A stretch of DNA of 63,808 nucleotides, the filler included, from Octopus bimaculoides (Eukaryota): NCBI RefSeq assembly GCF_001194135.2. It is 7 parts of 7 records of this genome, joined end to end, with 100 filler letters (N's around TTAATTAATTAA, not from the genome) between each part and the next. Parts side by side here need not be neighbours in the genome. Positions count along the whole stretch, not along the records: positions 1 to 28,072 come from NC_068987.1; 6 more parts are not named here. The stretch is one strand, 5' to 3'. Shown here in pieces: positions 1 to 13,120 of the stretch. The notes below the pieces were generated by a model that saw nothing but the letters and a program-made list of their open reading frames with translations, was not told the DNA's origin and did not search any database. Position 1 is the stretch's first letter; each line of letters starts with the position of its first letter. A program made the translations under genes and the position numbers.

Positions 1-508
1 ATATATATATATATATATATATACATATTTATACATATACATATACATACATATGTACATGTATACGTGTATGTATATGATGTATGTATATTATCATAAG
101 TAGTACACTAGAGTTAACAATGGTTACCTAATTGTCTGTATAATAGGCCAAAAGCACGCTAAATCTGTAAGGCACAAGACAAACAAAACCCCACATCTCT
201 TCAACACAAATCGTCCATATTGTGTGCAGGAGTATGCTCAGATATATGTGAGAGTGAGAGGAAGGTGAGGGACATAGGGAGATTTTGTGTGGTGGGGTGT
301 CTGTGTTCTCACATGGAACCACGTATTTATCGCCACTGTACTTTTAGTGTTATATACCTGCACTGCACTGGAATAACATGCACAGGCATGCATATACACA
401 TACGTTCATGAATATATACACATCGACACACATATATAGGAACGCATTTACAGACAAGCATTTACTTAATCTAGAAATATTCGAAGGTAATACACACACA
501 CACACATG

Positions 509-541
<33 letters not shown>

Positions 542-1123
542 ATGTATGTATATAAATATATATATATATACATATATATATACGTACACACGTTTTTCAT
601 GTATATTGACACAGGCGTTATCTTATTTATATATATATATATATATATNNNNNNNNNNNNNNNNNNNNNNNNNNNNNNNNNNNNNNNNNNNNNNNNNNNN
701 NNNNNNNNNNNNNNNNNNNNNNNNNNNNNNNNNNNNNNNNNNNNNNNNNNNNNNNNNNNNNNNNNNNNNNNNNNNNNNNNNNNNNNNNNNNNNNNNNNNN
801 NNNNNNNNNNNNNNNNNNNNNNNNNNNNNNNNNNNNNNNNNNNNNNNNNNNNNNNNNNNNNNNNNNNNNNNNNNNNNNNNNNNNNNNNNNNNNNNNNNNN
901 NNNNNNNNNNNNNNNNNNNNNNNNNNNNNNNNNNNNNNNNNNNNNNNNNNNNNNNNNNNNNNNNNNNNNNNNNNNNNNNNNNNNNNNNNNNNNNNNNNNN
1001 NNNNNNNNNNNNNNNNNNNNNNNNNNNNNNNNNNNNNNNNNNNNNNNNNNNNNNNNNNNNNNNNNNNNNNNNNNNNNNNNNNNNNNNNNNNNNNNNNNNN
1101 NNNNNNNNNNNNNNNNNNNNNNN

Positions 1124-1168
<45 letters not shown>

Positions 1169-1965
1169 GCACGCACATACACACGCATGTACATATACGT
1201 ATAATTATACATACCAGAAAAAGGCATAAATATATTGATACGTTACATCCAAACAAACTTATTCGATGGGAAAGTTTATTTCTGTGCTTTCATTTCCGGT
1301 TCGCACTCAAAGAGAACAAGGAATAAGCGATAAACAGTATTCGCAGATGCTCTCTTAATTCCGCAATTGGAAAATGCAGAGCATCAAATAATTTGCCACA
1401 GAATAAATGAAATAAAGAATTTGGAATGTATTAAGAGTCAATAAGAGAGAGAGATATCAGCTGCAATCCCTAAAGAGAGAAGACTACCGATTGTAATGAC
1501 ATTTATATGATTACGAGTCCATTTACATTAAATGTGATAGGCCTGTGTGTGCCGTGTATTTTCGGGCGTGTGTGTGTGTGTGTGTGTTTGTCTGTGTGTA
1601 TGTGTGTGTGTGTTTGTTTGAGTGGGAGGGTAGAGAGGGTGTTTGTGTGTGTTTGTCTATCCAAGTATATAGTTTATGAACGAATGCAGTTTTGCCGTTC
1701 TCAAGCTCTCACACTTTGCCAATATCGGTTCCACCCCATCCCGACACAACGTTGTGTGTGTATACGTATAGCTTTAAGTATGTATGCATATATCTATATA
1801 TCTACACACGCACACATGTAGATAGATAATTCTGTATATTTGCTAAAGCTAATGCATTTATGTACATATGTGTATGTGTATATATAGATATATATGTGTG
1901 AGTGTGTGTATATATTACATATATATATATATGTGTGTGTAATATATATATATATATATATATGC

Positions 1966-1997
<32 letters not shown>

Positions 1998-3404
1998 TAC
2001 ATATATAATACATATATACGTGTGTGTGTGTGTGTGTGTGTATATATCCCATTATTGGTTGTTTCATATTATAACGACGCATATCCATATACACGCACGT
2101 AAAAATATACACACAAACACACATATACAAATGAAAACAGTCTTTGCACGCGTTATCATGTGCGTATTCAAATATAAGCAGTGAAACATATAAAAGATAT
2201 GTATATATATATANNNNNNNNNNNNNNNNNNNNNNNNNNNNNNNNNNNNNNNNNNNNNNNNNNNNNNNNNNNNNNNNNNNNNNNNNNNNNNNNNNNNNNN
2301 NNNNNNNNNNNNNNNNNNNNNNNNNNNNNNNNNNNNNNNNNNNNNNNNNNNNNNNNNNNNNNNNNNNNNNNNNNNNNNNNNNNNNNNNNNNNNNNNNNNN
2401 NNNNNNNNNNNNNNNNNNNNNNNNNNNNNNNNNNNNNNNNNNNNNNNNNNNNNNNNNNNNNNNNNNNNNNNNNNNNNNNNNNNNNNNNNNNNNNNNNNNN
2501 NNNNNNNNNNNNNNNNNNNNNNNNNNNNNNNNNNNNNNNNNNNNNNNNNNNNNNNNNNNNNNNNNNNNNNNNNNNNNNNNNNNNNNNNNNNNNNNNNNNN
2601 NNNNNNNNNNNNNNNNNNNNNNNNNNNNNNNNNNNNNNNNNNNNNNNNNNNNNNNNNNNNNNNNNNNNNNNNNNNNNNNNNNNNNNNNNNNNNNNNNNNN
2701 NNNNNNNNNNNNNNNNNNNNNNNNNNNNNNNNNNNNNNNNNNNNNNNNNNNNNNNNNNNNNNNNNNNNNNNNNNNNNNNNNNNNNNNNNNNNNNNNNNNN
2801 NNNNNNNNNNNNNNNNNNNNNNNNNNNNNNNNNNNNNNNNNNNNNNNNNNNNNNNNNNNNNNNNNNNNNNNNNNNNNNNNNNNNNNNNNNNNNNNNNNNN
2901 NNNNNNNNNNNNNNNNNNNNNNNNNNNNNNNNNNNNNNNNNNNNNNNNNNNNNNNNNNNNNNNNNNNNNNNNNNNNNNNNNNNNNNNNNNNNNNNNNNAT
3001 ATATATGCATGTATGCATTATAAATTAACTAAATATACAATGATATGCATCGACCAGTGGATGTGGATGTGAGTGTGGAGGAGGAGGAAGAAAAGATGGT
3101 TGTTTGTGTGCATAGGATATATTAATCCAGTGACTGGGAGAAACAAGAAACAAATTCAGAAATTAAGTTAGATGGACGTACAACAATGACATGTTGTCTT
3201 TTAGTGTACGTAAGGCTCAGAACCTTATCTTTTGCAGTAGCATCCTATACTTTTCTTTTGTCCCTTTTATATATCCACTCCGTCTGTCTCTATCATTTGT
3301 TTCTTGTGGTATCTTACATAAATACATATATACATATATACATAAAGACATACAAGCATACGTGCTTACGCTCTCGTATGAACATACGAGTTTATTGCGT
3401 ATAT

Positions 3405-3540
3405 AAGGCGCAAACGTAGCCGTGTGGTGAGAATTTTGCTTCCCAGCTATATGTTTCCGTGTTCATCCCACAGCATGGTGCCTAGGGCAAGCGTCTTTTG
3501 CTACAGCCTCAGGCCGACTAAAGCCTTGTGAACGGAATAA
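3405..3540 (+). mobile_element. SINE family A, 5' head only (tRNA-like head plus CORE-like segment)
   Basis: Matches the first ~135 nt of the complete copies at 5098 and 14672 (ggcgc..gtgtggt..gggcaag.gtctt..ctacagcctcaggccgactaaagccttgtg); ends abruptly at the Tx1-like fragment. Confidence 0.8.
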
Positions 3541-4680
3541 GTTGTGGAATGGAATGTTGGACGGCATGGGATTGTGTCGCTAGGTGCCGGTTAATTGTGT
3601 CGCTTTTTCCCGGTTAATTTTCCCTCCCGTTACCGATCAGGTCGACATGCCTGTAGCTCGTCACTATGACACTATGACGGTGACGTCGTCCGCGTATGCA
3701 GACACGCTCCTCCTGCATTTGAGTTCTCGCGGGGTGCCCATTCAACGTCAGTAGCTTCCGCAGTAGTAGCTCTCGTGTCAATACGTACAGAAGCGACGAG
3801 AGGAGGCATCCTTGATAGATAGAACCGTGATGCTAAATGGTCTGGACAGATAACCATTAACGTGAAGTACCGAGTGGATGCCGCTGTATAAGGCAGCGAT
3901 CCACCGGTGAAAGAAGGGACCGAAACCAGCCGCTGTAAGGACAGCCTCCAAGTAGCGATGGTCGATTCTATCGAACGCTTTTGATTGATCCAAATTGATC
4001 AACGCTCCATCCATGTCAGGTTCCTTAACTACCCTGGTTATGATATAGCACATCAGATGGAGGTTGTCATAGATACTCCTGCCTGACACGGCGCATGTTT
4101 TCGCCTTGTCAACTAGTTTCTGGATGACAAGCGCCAACCTCTCGGCTAGCACCTTGGTTAGAATCTTCAAATTTGAGTTGAGCAGAGTGATGGGCTTGAA
4201 GTTATCTATGACGTTCCCCTTGTTTGGGTCTTTCTTTAGAAGTGCCACCGCTCCTCGCTTCACAGAAACGGTGATACTCCTGTTTTGCTGCCAGTTGAAG
4301 TAGACCGTTGCCAAGGTGCATCTAAACAAGTTTGGCATATCACAATAGAGCTCGTTGGGCAGATCATCCAAGCCTGGCGACTTGTCTCCCGCGCAGCCTG
4401 CCATCTCATCCCGTATGCCCGCGGCTGTGATGGATTTTTCACATCACTCCACCTCTCTGGCTGAGAGTCGTGGCAGGCCATGCAGGTAGGCACTAAAGTC
4501 CACCTTGCGTTCTGACCCACCAGTTGTCCCGAACAGTTGGGCAAAGTGTTGTTGAAAGGTCTCACACATCCTTTCGGCCTCGATTAATTCGCGCCATTGT
4601 TAATCTGTCAGAGACCTAATGGTGGCTTTGTTGCCTCGTTGTGCCTCCACCACTCTCGCTCCTCGGACGGCTCCGATAGA
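3541..4680 (-). mobile_element. Tx1/L1-clade LINE ORF2 fragment (reverse transcriptase), frameshifted and truncated at both ends
   Basis: ORF 3778-4404 has KSPGLDDLP, FKPITLLNSNLKILTKVLAERL and LDQSKAFDRIDH; shifted frames continue with QGCLLSSLLYVL and VSAYADDVTV (YADD at 3685-3696), then KINREK. Confidence 0.92.
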
Positions 4681-4810
4681 TAGGTAGGGTAGATGAACGG
4701 ACTGACGGGTAGGTACATAGTAAGAAGGATAGATGAATATATAGTGAGCGTGCGAGTAAGAGAGAGAGAGAGAGAGAGAGTAACAAATAGATGCTTATAA
4801 ATATATACGC

Positions 4811-4849
<39 letters not shown>

Positions 4850-5097
4850 TGTGTGGTTTTAAGTATGTATGTATTATATGCACTAGTATTTGTGGGCCTG
4901 TGTGTGTAAAAAGATTGTGAACCTTTAGTGGATCCATTGAAAAATGAGAGGGCATGTACTCAAAACCCTCAATTGGGTTTAGACTGCTGTCAAAGTTGCA
5001 TATGATGATTGGTTTAGGCAGGATATATACGTTTGGTAACCATATAGCGGGACAAGATGATAGACGTACACAAATTTGAATAAATACAATTGATATA

Positions 5098-5256
5098 GGC
5101 GCAGGAGTGGCTGTGTGGTAAGTACTGTGCTTACCAACCACATGGTTCTGGGTTCTGTCCTATTGCGTGGCACTTTGGGCCAATGTCTTCTACTATAGCG
5201 TCGGGCCGTCAAGCCTTGTGAGTGGATTTGTTAGACGGAAACTAAAAGAAGCCCGT

Positions 5257-5305
<49 letters not shown>

Positions 5306-5535
5306 ACAGATATGTAGGTGCGTGTTTGTGTGTCTGTGTTTGTCCGTCACCATCTCTTGACAACGGATGTTGGTGTGTTTACGTCCTCGTAACATTAGCG
5401 GTTCGGCAAAGCAGACTAATAGAATGTGTACTATGCTTACAAAGAATAAGTCCTGAGGTCGCTTTCTTCGACTAAAAGGCAGTGCTCCAGCATGGTCGTA
5501 GTCAAATGACTGAACCAAATAAAAGAATAAACGAA
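5098..5535 (+). mobile_element. SINE family A, full length, with internal (TA)n/(TG)n tract
   Basis: tRNA-like head (tggctgtgtggtaag...gggttc), CORE-like ttgggc.a.tgtcttctactatagc, internal microsatellite, and 3' module ending gtgctccagcatgg...tgactgaaccaaataaaag; about a dozen homologous pieces in the window. Confidence 0.9.
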
Positions 5536-7588
5536 TATATTTGTTTTATGATATTTTGCGCTGTGTGTTTCTATAAGACATTGGTTTATGCAGTACAGTA
5601 ACACACTTAGTTCCATATCAATTTTTCTTCTGATGAACAAAGACAACATTTCGCAGTCAATAAATTTTCTATTGGTAAATATTTTGTGTATCGAGACAAA
5701 GATATCATAGTTTCCTAGAAAAACCAACAGTCAACATGCAAAGTGGCTATAGTCAGTCTCATCGAATTATTCATTGACCTAGAGTTAAAAATAATAGTAG
5801 GCGCCATCTTTTGCAACATAATTGTATTAAACTTTAGATCTAGAATGTAAATAACATAATATATTGACAAATTCCTGTCTCACATCCACATTCACATACA
5901 TGCATACACACACACACATACACACACACATACATACATGCATACATACATACATGCATGCATGCATACATACATACATATATACATACATACATACACA
6001 CAAATGCACTCACACACAAACACAGATGTCATTCACCAGAAATCTTCTCAGCAGTGACACGAATGGTACTCAAACATTCCTAATTAACAAAATAATTCTT
6101 ATTTAAAACGGATTCAATAACAAAACTCATAGAATAATTGCCACAACAACAATGGTGAAAACAGCTCTATGACTTTGATACAAACTTGTAATTATCGCAA
6201 TTTTTCATATATACATATATATTGAATTATATCTCTGTTGAGTTAACTTGGAATTCCTCAACGGCAATGTAACCTTCATTAAAGTAAGGTTACTTCGCCC
6301 TGATGATTAGCTAGTGGAGTACCATTCGTTCAATAATTATTACTTCCGAGATTCTATTAGCTACGAAACATATGTATCCTGGATTTTACCTGCCCCATTC
6401 TCTCAATTTCGATTTTTATTCGTGTTCCTAGCCACCATAATTGCTAAATGTGAGCCATGAAAAATACTTTTTGCAGCTTATCGAACTTCGATACGGGAAA
6501 ATCCTATGACCTTCTGCACCAACAAACTATTATTGCTCCTGAAAGTTGTTGTTTTTTTTATACTTACCACGGACTTCTCGTAGCTTGTAAAGTTGCTACA
6601 CCTAGGTCCTTAGATCTTACAATTAAATATATTTGTGTGTTTATATATGTATATATATTTCTCCTTGAAGAAATACCCAACTGACTGGTTTCACATATTG
6701 GAATTTGAATTAAAGTATATTATTTCTGTAATTGAAATGATTGGCTGTGGAAACAGCTGTAGGTAGGAATTTCTCTACACTCCTTGAAATATCTTTGAAT
6801 AAATAACGTCTGTACGCCAAATTTTCTTCTTCAATTTCTCCTTCATAAAGTTTTTAAATACATATGTTCTTCAATGATGAACTAATACACTTAGTTTTCA
6901 CTGAACAATGGTATAAACCGGAGAACTAGGGTGCTTCAATCCCATAAGGGACCATGGTTCCTTGTCAGAATAAGATATATATATATGTATATATATATAT
7001 ATGTATATATATGTATATATATATATATACATATATATTCACACACACACATACACATACATTGGGGAGATTTTCACACAATAGATTAAATTATATCTGT
7101 CCTTTCACCAGTTTAAGGATTTAACATTACTGCATGCACTTGACCAGCGCCTCTTTGAAATTCTCTTACTGATTCATTCGGTGATGGTGGAAAATAGCGG
7201 AAATGTAACATGGTCAATGTAAGGCTCCTCTCATCAGAAACGGGTTGCGGAAACGTGACATTTAAAGTGATGTTGAATAGAATGTAACAGCGTACACTGA
7301 CCTCAAATCCCAAATATCAACGCATTTCGAACCGGGCTTATCTGCCAAGCCCCAATATTTGAGTCAAATGACAAAGACAAGCAAATAGAATCCATTATGG
7401 TAGCCATCAGCGATTGTCATATGATCCTCAGCCAGAAATAGGGTCGGTGCCTTATTTTAATTTCTCTGTCGATGATTGCAGTTCGTGGAAATGGCTGAAT
7501 ATATGGATATGTAGATTAAATATACTCCTGTCAACAACACACACTATCAAGTAATACACACACACGCACACACACACACAAATACACA

Positions 7589-7655
<67 letters not shown>

Positions 7656-7763
7656 GCACACACTCACACACTTAGAGACAAACACGCAAACACACACACA
7701 TACACACACACACACACAAACACAAGCACGGATTCTACATATATATATTTATATTTATATGTA

Positions 7764-7980
7764 AAAGCCTTGTGAGTGGATTTGGTAGTCAGAAACTGAA
7801 AGAAGTTTGACAACCGATACTGGTGTGTTTACGTCTCCCTAACTTAGCGGTTCGGCAAAAGAGAGCGACGGAAAAAGTACTAGGCTTACAAAGAATATGT
7901 CCTCGGGTCGATTTGCTCGACTAAAAGCGGTGCTCCAGCATGGCCGCAGTCAAATGTCTGAAACAAGTAAAAGAATAAAA
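7764..7980 (+). mobile_element. SINE family A, 5'-truncated, internal microsatellite absent
   Basis: aagccttgtgagtggatttggtag...aactgaaagaag joins directly to ttgacaaccgat..ggtgtgtttacg and the standard 3' module. Confidence 0.85.
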
Positions 7981-8604
7981 GTGTTATATAATGTTCTTTT
8001 GTTATTTTATTCTTTATAAGCCTAGTACTGATTTTATCGAGACCTTTCACTGAGCCGCTAAGTTTTCAAGCGATGCTGAAAAACACAGACTCATACACAC
8101 AAATATATATNNNNNNNNNNNNNNNNNNNNNNNNNNNNNNNNNNNNNNNNNNNNNNNNNNNNNNNNNNNNNNNNNNNNNNNNNNNNNNNNNNNNNNNNNN
8201 NNNNNNNNNNNNNNNNNNNNNNNNNNNNNNNNNNNNNNNNNNNNNNNNNNNNNNNNNNNNNNNNNNNNNNNNNNNNNNNNNNNNNNNNNNNNNNNNNNNN
8301 NNNNNNNNNNNNNNNNNNNNNNNNNNNNNNNNNNNNNNNNNNNNNNNNNNNNNNNNNNNNNNNNNNNNNNNNNNNNNNNNNNNNNNNNNNNNNNNNNNNN
8401 NNNNNNNNNNNNNNNNNNNNNNNNNNNNNNNNNNNNNNNNNNNNNNNNNNNNNNNNNNNNNNNNNNNNNNNNNNNNNNNNNNNNNNNNNNNNNNNNNNNN
8501 NNNNNNNNNNNNNNNNNNNNNNNNNNNNNNNNNNNNNNNNNNNNNNNNNNNNNNNNNNNNNNNNNNNNNNNNNNNNNNNNNNNNACATACACACACACAC
8601 TCAG

Positions 8605-8648
<44 letters not shown>

Positions 8649-9734
8649 ACACTCACACACATACAGACTTACACATGCCCGTACAGAAATATACTACCAC
8701 AGTTGCAGGATCAAGGGGAATGAACAAACGGTTTTGTTAAGAGATTGGTTAAGAAATAATAGAGGAATCGTTGGCGATTAAGGTAAGAATCGGGCAGCAC
8801 AGGTGTTGTGCGTTTTTGTGTTCTTGACTTGGGTGTGCGTCCATGCGTGCCGCTCGACATTCCTATACTGGATACAAGCAGGGACCGATTAAAAAATTTA
8901 GGGGATGTAGACACACATAGAAACGCACACATACACACACACATACACACGTATATAAAATCATACATATACATACATACTCCTATATATGTAACCTAAT
9001 TAAGTTTATTACATAACAAATGTTTTTTTTCCCGCTGTCATGTCTTTGTTTTCGATTGCCACCCTATACTCATATAACATTTTGCTCTAGCACATACGTA
9101 TATTGAGTTCCTCCATCAAGTTATTAGTCTTGCTATACCTAAGCAATATATATATCTATTGCCACCTCTAGCCGAGCAGTTATTCTGTGCTGATAAAGGG
9201 AGATAACCCAGAAATCGTGATACACAGATATTGTTTTGTGCTGAGTGGTGATGCTAAACTTCCTTGTTCGAAAATATAAGGACATAGATAGTGTGGCATA
9301 TAGCCAGATGGAGACGATGTTCCCAATGGCTAAATAACAGTAACATTCGTCCTAAACCAGGACTGCCTCGTTATGTTGGCAAATAATCTTTACTATAGAG
9401 TACTGTTACTGAATTACTGTCATTGAGAGATTTTAAAATATGGAATTTTCAATTTTAAACACACACATATATAGTGTCAATTCAAATATATATATATATA
9501 TATATATAACCAAAATAATTGAGATTCAGATGAATTAGGTACGTAAGTTGAGGCACCAAAAATTAGTGCGGTATTATCCATACAATTTCAAAATAAGGTG
9601 AATAAAACCAAAATAAGCAACATGGTATCCTGTTGCTAATTTTGATATATATATATATACATATATTGTCAATTCAAAGAAACGAATAAGATTAATTGAC
9701 TGACAAAAGGACGTTCATAAGGAATGTATTAGAT

Positions 9735-9800
9735 TGACGTTCGGTAAAAGGAGAGAGTTTTTTGATATTTCGAGTAGAGCTCTTCTTTGGAAAGGAGAAA
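9735..9800 (-). repeat. Decayed hammerhead-like repeat end (same family as 16420 and 38190)
   Basis: Minus strand CCAAAGA-A-GAGC-tcta-CTC-GAAA followed by ccgaacgtcaatctaatacat, a tail shared with the other two copies. Confidence 0.45.
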
Positions 9801-10251
9801 GGAAAAGGAAAAGAGTTTACTAACAGTACATAGACTTATACTCTAGGACATAGAAATTTGGTTTCGGTGTTGAAAATACGTGTCAAGTAAATTGAGTTAT
9901 TTTTCGTTTGATTGAAAAATGTATTTCACATATCATAATGCATCGAATGTATTTTTGTTTCCCAAAGGAATGCAAAGAGAAAACCAAAAGAAGTTTAAAA
10001 TTTATAAGGAAACTGAAGGTACGGGAGAAAATACTTTAGCGATAAAACATGCACGAACAAAATCAAACGTTCAATAGATTTAAAGGTAAAATTACATGGT
10101 GAAAATTCAAGAATTCGATATGCTTCTCAGCTCAAGGAAATGATGAAAGTTCAAATGTTCTATAAATTCAATAATATACATAAACCATATACTTACGCAT
10201 GTGTGTGTATGTGTATGTGTGTGTATGTGTGGGAAACTTTAATATATATTT

Positions 10252-10775
10252 CGAGGTGCGTTCAAAAGGTATCCGAATTTTTCCCGCCAAAACTAATGCC
10301 GAATGGGCGAAATCCTTTGGGTGAGAGATGACACTACCCTTCTCATGCATGTGTGTAAACGTTAGTGCTGGTAGGCCGAGTGAGTTTCCGTCTGTTATAC
10401 CTAGAGGGCAGACGTGTAGTACGCGCTAGTTATACATTCGTTATCAGGCAATATAAACGAAACGAGTCAAACACAGATCATAAACCCACGTCTCATTACT
10501 ATTGATGATAGTCTTCCTGAATCTGGGTTGTGGTTTGCACAGTCCAGCATGTCCTGAACGATTAGTATGTGGTGCCGCTTCTGCTGCTCCACCTGCACGT
10601 TGGGACGAATTTCCCCGACACTCTCCACATGCACAAATTCTCCATTAAAATGGAATGCACTTATCCTGTAATTATTCCCACTTCGTGAGCAATTTCCTGC
10701 ATTCTTACAGACAGTTTTCAATGACTATTCGCCGAACTTCCTCAAACGACTCCTCGTTTCGGTTTGTGGATGTCT
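10252..10775 (-). mobile_element. Mariner-type transposon remnant (TIR-like end plus disrupted transposase)
   Basis: TIR-like cgaggtgcgttcaaaaggtatccga at 10252; minus-strand pieces EIAHEVGIITG*VHSILMENLCMWRVSGKFVP, QQKRHHILIVQDMLDCANHNPD and KTIINSNETWVY (decayed IITGDETWVY). Confidence 0.85.
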
Positions 10776-11119
10776 TTTTTTGTATGTAAACATATATGTA
10801 TATATGTGTGCGTATGTATATGTGGAAGGAATTTCAACCATGTTTCGTGGTCTGCTACCACAACAGCTCCTTTATAGGATCCAGTTAGCTCAAGACATCA
10901 TCAGGAGGAACCACGTCTATGTATATATATATATATGCGTGTATTTCTCATTTATATATCTTTTCATTCCTACGTAACTACAATAATCTTAAGATATATT
11001 GATTTCTTAAAATTCCACTTTTGTTTCTCTTTTGATAACTTTCTCCTTCCTCTTTTTATACTTTATCTAATAAGAATAATAGAATACACCTAATAATAAT
11101 AATTGATTCCTTTGTATGA

Positions 11120-11162
<43 letters not shown>

Positions 11163-11172
11163 NNNNNNNNNN

Positions 11173-11209
<37 letters not shown>

Positions 11210-11310
11210 TATATATGTGGGTCTATGTATATTTATGTGTATGTATATATGTATATGTGTGTATATGTACTTATTTGCATTTATAACTTAATCTTATGAA
11301 CTTTCTAAAC

Positions 11311-11432
11311 TCTCTGACGAAGCCCAGATACACACCCAAGTACCTAAATATTATCCACCAAATACTTCAGTTCACTGAAGGGATGCAAGTAGAATGGGGT
11401 ACTATGGCCTCTTGGCTGAAGCAGCTGTAAGA
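11311..11432 (+). ncRNA. Type I hammerhead-like motif with long stem II insert (one core change, GAAG for GAAA)
   Basis: TCT-CTGACGA(11314-11320)-AGCC...~90 nt...GGCT-GAAG-CAGCTG-TA-AGA: 3-bp stem I, 4-bp stem II, palindromic stem III, predicted GUA site at 11429. Confidence 0.55.
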
Positions 11433-12469
11433 TATTATCCTACTTCTTATGATCTACCTTATATATTTTAATAATTACTGGTATTTTTTATATATTATAT
11501 ATGTAAAGGATAATATGTTATACATGTGTGTATATTGTTATAATTGTTTTCTCAAAAAAATAATAATAAATAGACGTAATATAATGTCTAAAAGTTGATG
11601 AATACCACCTCTTGATCCCTCCATTTTCTTATTGCTGTATATATATATATATATATTCATATATACATATAGTCTTAGGGAAACGAACCAAGGTTCATGA
11701 ACTCATCGATGAAAATCCACTGTCACATGTATTGAGATTTTACCTGTAAATTTGGATGTTTATCCCTAATATTATTATCATTGTAATATATATNNNNNNN
11801 NNNNNNNNNNNNNNNNNNNNNNNNNNNNNNNNNNNNNNNNNNNNNNNNNNNNNNNNNNNNTATATATATATATATATATATATATATTACACAGCTCCAA
11901 ATAGTATTTATTTATAAAGTTCATATCACCATATCTTTAAATATTATTAGGAATGGTATTAGGAATATATAATATTTTGTGCATTGTAGCTATATAAATA
12001 ACTATTGCACATAAAATTTAACAACTAAATCTTAAACGGACCCCTTAGGTTCATGCGAATCCTAGTTCAAAATCACTGCTCTACATCACTGTCTTTTATA
12101 TATATATATATATATCGCTTTTAGATTTCTTTCGGTTCGTTCACCAACATATGTTCTTATTCCACCTCACATTCTTGAGGTTAGTCAAGCAGTCTTTGGC
12201 ATTTTCTGCCAAAAATCATATCCAAGAAAGTTGTTGAAATATAACATAATGTCACGTAATTGAAAGGATGTTTACGTCAAATGTTTTTCACGTGCGTCAA
12301 ATAAAGAAACTTGAATTTCCGACACTTATCGATAAGCGTTGATATAAGTGTGTGTAGGCAACGGAAATTCGCTTTGCAGTCACGTGATTTGTGTTCAGTC
12401 TCACTGCCTGGCATCTTGCGCAATTGTCTTCTACTAAAGCCTCAGGCCAAGGGAAACTGGAATCTAGTC

Positions 12470-12537
<68 letters not shown>

Positions 12538-12829
12538 ATGTATATATATATATATCATATACTTTATCAATTAAAACTGCAAAAACATTACAAAAATATT
12601 ACAAAAAAATGTTCGTCGGACAGATGTGATTCCCATCCGCAATCTAAACGTGTCCGACGAACAGGAACGTCGAAGTCTGAGTAGCAGTTCGTTTTTGTTG
12701 TTTTCCTGCTTTAATAATAAAGCATATTAGACTACCTCCAATATTCGAGTACTATTTTTCCCCACCTTGTTTTACATTTATGTGCTTCCTCTGGTATGTA
12801 TATAAACTCTGTGTGTGTGTGTGCGTTTG

Positions 12830-13025
12830 TGAGTATCTATGCTTATCCTCCATCATAGCTGTTTACGTTCTCGTGATGTAGCAGTTCAGCGAACGAGACG
12901 GTCAAAATAAATACCAGATTCTAAAAACAGTAAGTTCTGGTATCGATTTCAGCGACTAAACTCTTCAAAGCGGTCCTCCAGCATGGCCGTAGTGCAATGA
13001 TTGAAACAACAAAAAGATAAAGGCT
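12830..13025 (+). mobile_element. SINE family A, decayed 3' half
   Basis: gtttacgttctcgtgatgtagcagttcagcg...ggtcctccagcatggccgtagtgcaatgattgaaacaacaaaaga. Confidence 0.75.
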
Positions 13026-13120
13026 ATTAGATATCATAAAGATTTTTTTTAAATAGATATCTTAGGAAAGAGTTTATATATCATCTTATCGTAAGCAACG
13101 TAAACGAAATGTATTGCCAT

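Noticed and set aside
128-3030. Long ORFs rich in YI/HT/CV and X
   Set aside because: Translations of dinucleotide microsatellites and N gaps; the same applies to similar ORFs throughout the track.
5098-5170. tRNA genes at SINE heads
   Set aside because: A/B-box-like motifs only; no complete cloverleaf, and each runs into SINE body sequence.
10830-10905. CTGATGA...GAAACATG on the minus strand as a hammerhead
   Set aside because: Stems I and II do not pair in register next to the core; at best a heavily decayed relic.
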